From: Peptococcaceae bacterium
GTDB taxonomy: Bacteria; Bacillota; Desulfitobacteriia; Desulfitobacteriales; Syntrophobotulaceae
DNA: 64,000 bases
Assembly: GCA_012839895.1 (NCBI GenBank)
Contig: DUML01000082.1
Coordinates: forward strand, 11,255 to 75,254
Direction: 5' to 3'
The notes beneath the pieces are model-generated. The model saw only the letters and a program-made list of their open reading frames with translations. It ran no database searches and was not told the origin of the DNA. The position numbers and the translations under genes were made by a program. Positions 62,829 to 64,000 of this stretch are shown one piece after another. Numbering within the stretch: position 1 is the stretch's first letter; every line of letters starts with the position of its first letter.

Positions 62829-63773
62829 CTATTCAAAAAGCTCCCCAATTCCAATACACCGTCCGTTAAAAAAATCTGCTCCAGTCATTTGCCTTTTACC
62901 TTCAGGCTGTAGCCTTAAGATTTGCAAAATACCTTCGCCGCACTGAACCAAAAAACCACCGCCCCTTTCAGCCAAAATCTCCCCGGGCTTGGCATGTTCC
63001 GGTCGAGAATTGTTTTTTTCTCTCTCCAGCGGTAAGCTTTGCCAAATTTTAACCCGTTCCCCCCGAAAAGTGGTATAGGCTCCCGGCCAAGGGTTAAGCC
63101 CTCTGATTTGATTATGAATGGCTTGCACAGGGCGGGACCAATCTATTTTTTCATGTTCCCTTTTTAATAGAGGGGCATAGGTGAACTCCTTCGGCTGAGG
63201 GATAGGGTTTAGAGTACCATCCTGAAGCCCTCTTAAGGTTTTAAGCAAAAGCTCTGCCCCTAATTCAGCCAAAGCATCGTGGATTTCCCCGGTAGTAGCT
63301 GTCAGAGATATGGGATACTCAGCTGTCAAAAGTATATCCCCGGTATCTAGGCCTTCATCCATAAGCATGGTAGTAACACCGGTCTTTGTTTCTCCGTTTA
63401 AAACAGCCCAATGAATTGGGGCAGGCCCCCGGTAAGAAGGGAGTAGGGAAGCATGAACATTAACACAGCCTAAAGGAGGCAGCTTGAGAATATCCAAGGG
63501 TAAAATTTGCCCATAAGCAACAACAACAATACACTCCGGTTCCAATTTCCGGATTGTTTCAATTACTTCAGGCGCTTTAACCTTTAATGGTTGAAAAACA
63601 GGAAGGTTAAGGCTTTCCGCAAGTTCTTTCACCGGACTGGCCGTTATTTTTTTCCCTCTGCCCTTAGGCCTGTCCGGTTGAGTAAAAACCCCGACAATAT
63701 GATGTCCGGCTTCGTGAAGGGCACGTAAAGTGGGTACGGCAAAATCCGGAGTCCCCATAAAAATAAGCTTCAT
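62829..63773 (-). CDS. fmt: Methionyl-tRNA formyltransferase
   Basis: MKLIFMGTPDFAVP, HASLLPSYRGPAPI, and a C-terminal tRNA-binding domain. Confidence 0.95.
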   Translation of the reverse strand: MKLIFMGTPDFAVPTLRALHEAGHHIVGVFTQPDRPKGRGKKITASPVKELAESLNLPVFQPLKVKAPEVIETIRKLEPECIVVVAYGQILPLDILKLPPLGCVNVHASLLPSYRGPAPIHWAVLNGETKTGVTTMLMDEGLDTGDILLTAEYPISLTATTGEIHDALAELGAELLLKTLRGLQDGTLNPIPQPKEFTYAPLLKREHEKIDWSRPVQAIHNQIRGLNPWPGAYTTFRGERVKIWQSLPLEREKNNSRPEHAKPGEILAERGGGFLVQCGEGILQILRLQPEGKRQMTGADFFNGRCIGIGELFE

Positions 63774-63788
63774 TTTCTCATCCCCAAA

Positions 63789-64000
63789 TTAAGCTTTTTC
63801 ATAAATCTTTTCAGCTACATCAACAAACAAAATGCCGTTTAAATGGTCAATTTCATGTTGAAAAGCCCTGGCTAGAAGGCCCTCAACATCATACCGCACG
63901 GTTTTTCCCTCCCTGTTTAAGGCCTCAGCCACAACCCTCTTAGCTCTGCGGACATCGCCAACCAGGTTGGGAATGCTCAGGCATCCTTCTTGATCGACTT
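63789..64000 (-). CDS. def: Peptide deformylase, partial (N-terminus beyond the right edge)
   Basis: My translation is ...VDQEGCLSIPNLVGDVRRAKRVVAEALNREGKTVRYDVEGLLARAFQHEIDHLNGILFVDVAEKIYEKA*. It contains the EGCLS and HEIDH motifs. It is absent from the ORF track because it is open at the edge. Confidence 0.9.
   Translation of the reverse strand, partial: VDQEGCLSIPNLVGDVRRAKRVVAEALNREGKTVRYDVEGLLARAFQHEIDHLNGILFVDVAEKIYEKA

Noticed and set aside
1-64000. CRISPR arrays, toxin-antitoxin pairs, restriction-modification, retron/RT or other defence systems
   Set aside because: I scanned the intergenic regions and all ORFs. There are no regularly spaced repeats, cas-like, RT, nuclease-methylase or small adjacent toxin/antitoxin gene pairs. 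YraN and ComM are conserved housekeeping-context genes here, not defence islands.

Overview
64-kb chromosomal segment from a low-GC (roughly 40%) endospore-forming Firmicute. The gene order looks Clostridia/Peptococcaceae-like, but that is inference only. I call about 60 protein genes, mostly on the minus strand.

From about 13.2 kb to the right edge lies the conserved Firmicute housekeeping block. Read on the minus strand from the right edge it runs: def, fmt, Zn-peptidase, rsmB, rlmN, [fhaA-fhaB-PP2C-rodA/ftsW-PBP-prkC], rsgA, rpe, thiN. Then rpmB (+), asp23-yloV-sdaAB-sdaAA-recG, and a sporulation-flavoured patch (MFS, gpr, rsmD, ylbJ). It continues ackA, yceD-rpmF, plsX-acpP-rnc-smc-ftsY, [mtnP-mtnA-mtaD], ylxM-ffh-rpsP-KH-rimM-trmD-SPOUT-rplS-rbgA-rnhB, [orphan PAS kinase], yraN-comM.

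The left 13 kb is more accessory: partial lctP, a long SASP, cysE, a FabK/NPD-family oxidoreductase, ku, an orphan cooS, cadC-cadA, an M15 peptidase and an OFA-type MFS.

I found no rRNA, tRNA, CRISPR array, transposase/integrase or recognisable defence system. I do not see a convincing new multi-gene system.

The items most worth a second look:
1. An unannotated 34-codon ORF with a SASP/GPR-site-like motif (43426-43530).
2. An adjacent GC-rich, helix-rich intergenic element of unknown class (43166-43333).
3. An actinobacterial-order FHA/PP2C/SEDS/PBP/PASTA-kinase module inside the rlmN-rsgA operon.
4. An unusually long, internally repeated alpha/beta SASP.
5. Three 25-bp tandem repeats upstream of plsX where fapR is absent.
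6. An orphan CooS with a CX2C D-cluster motif.

Several ORF-track starts were moved to internal start codons that have Shine-Dalgarno support.
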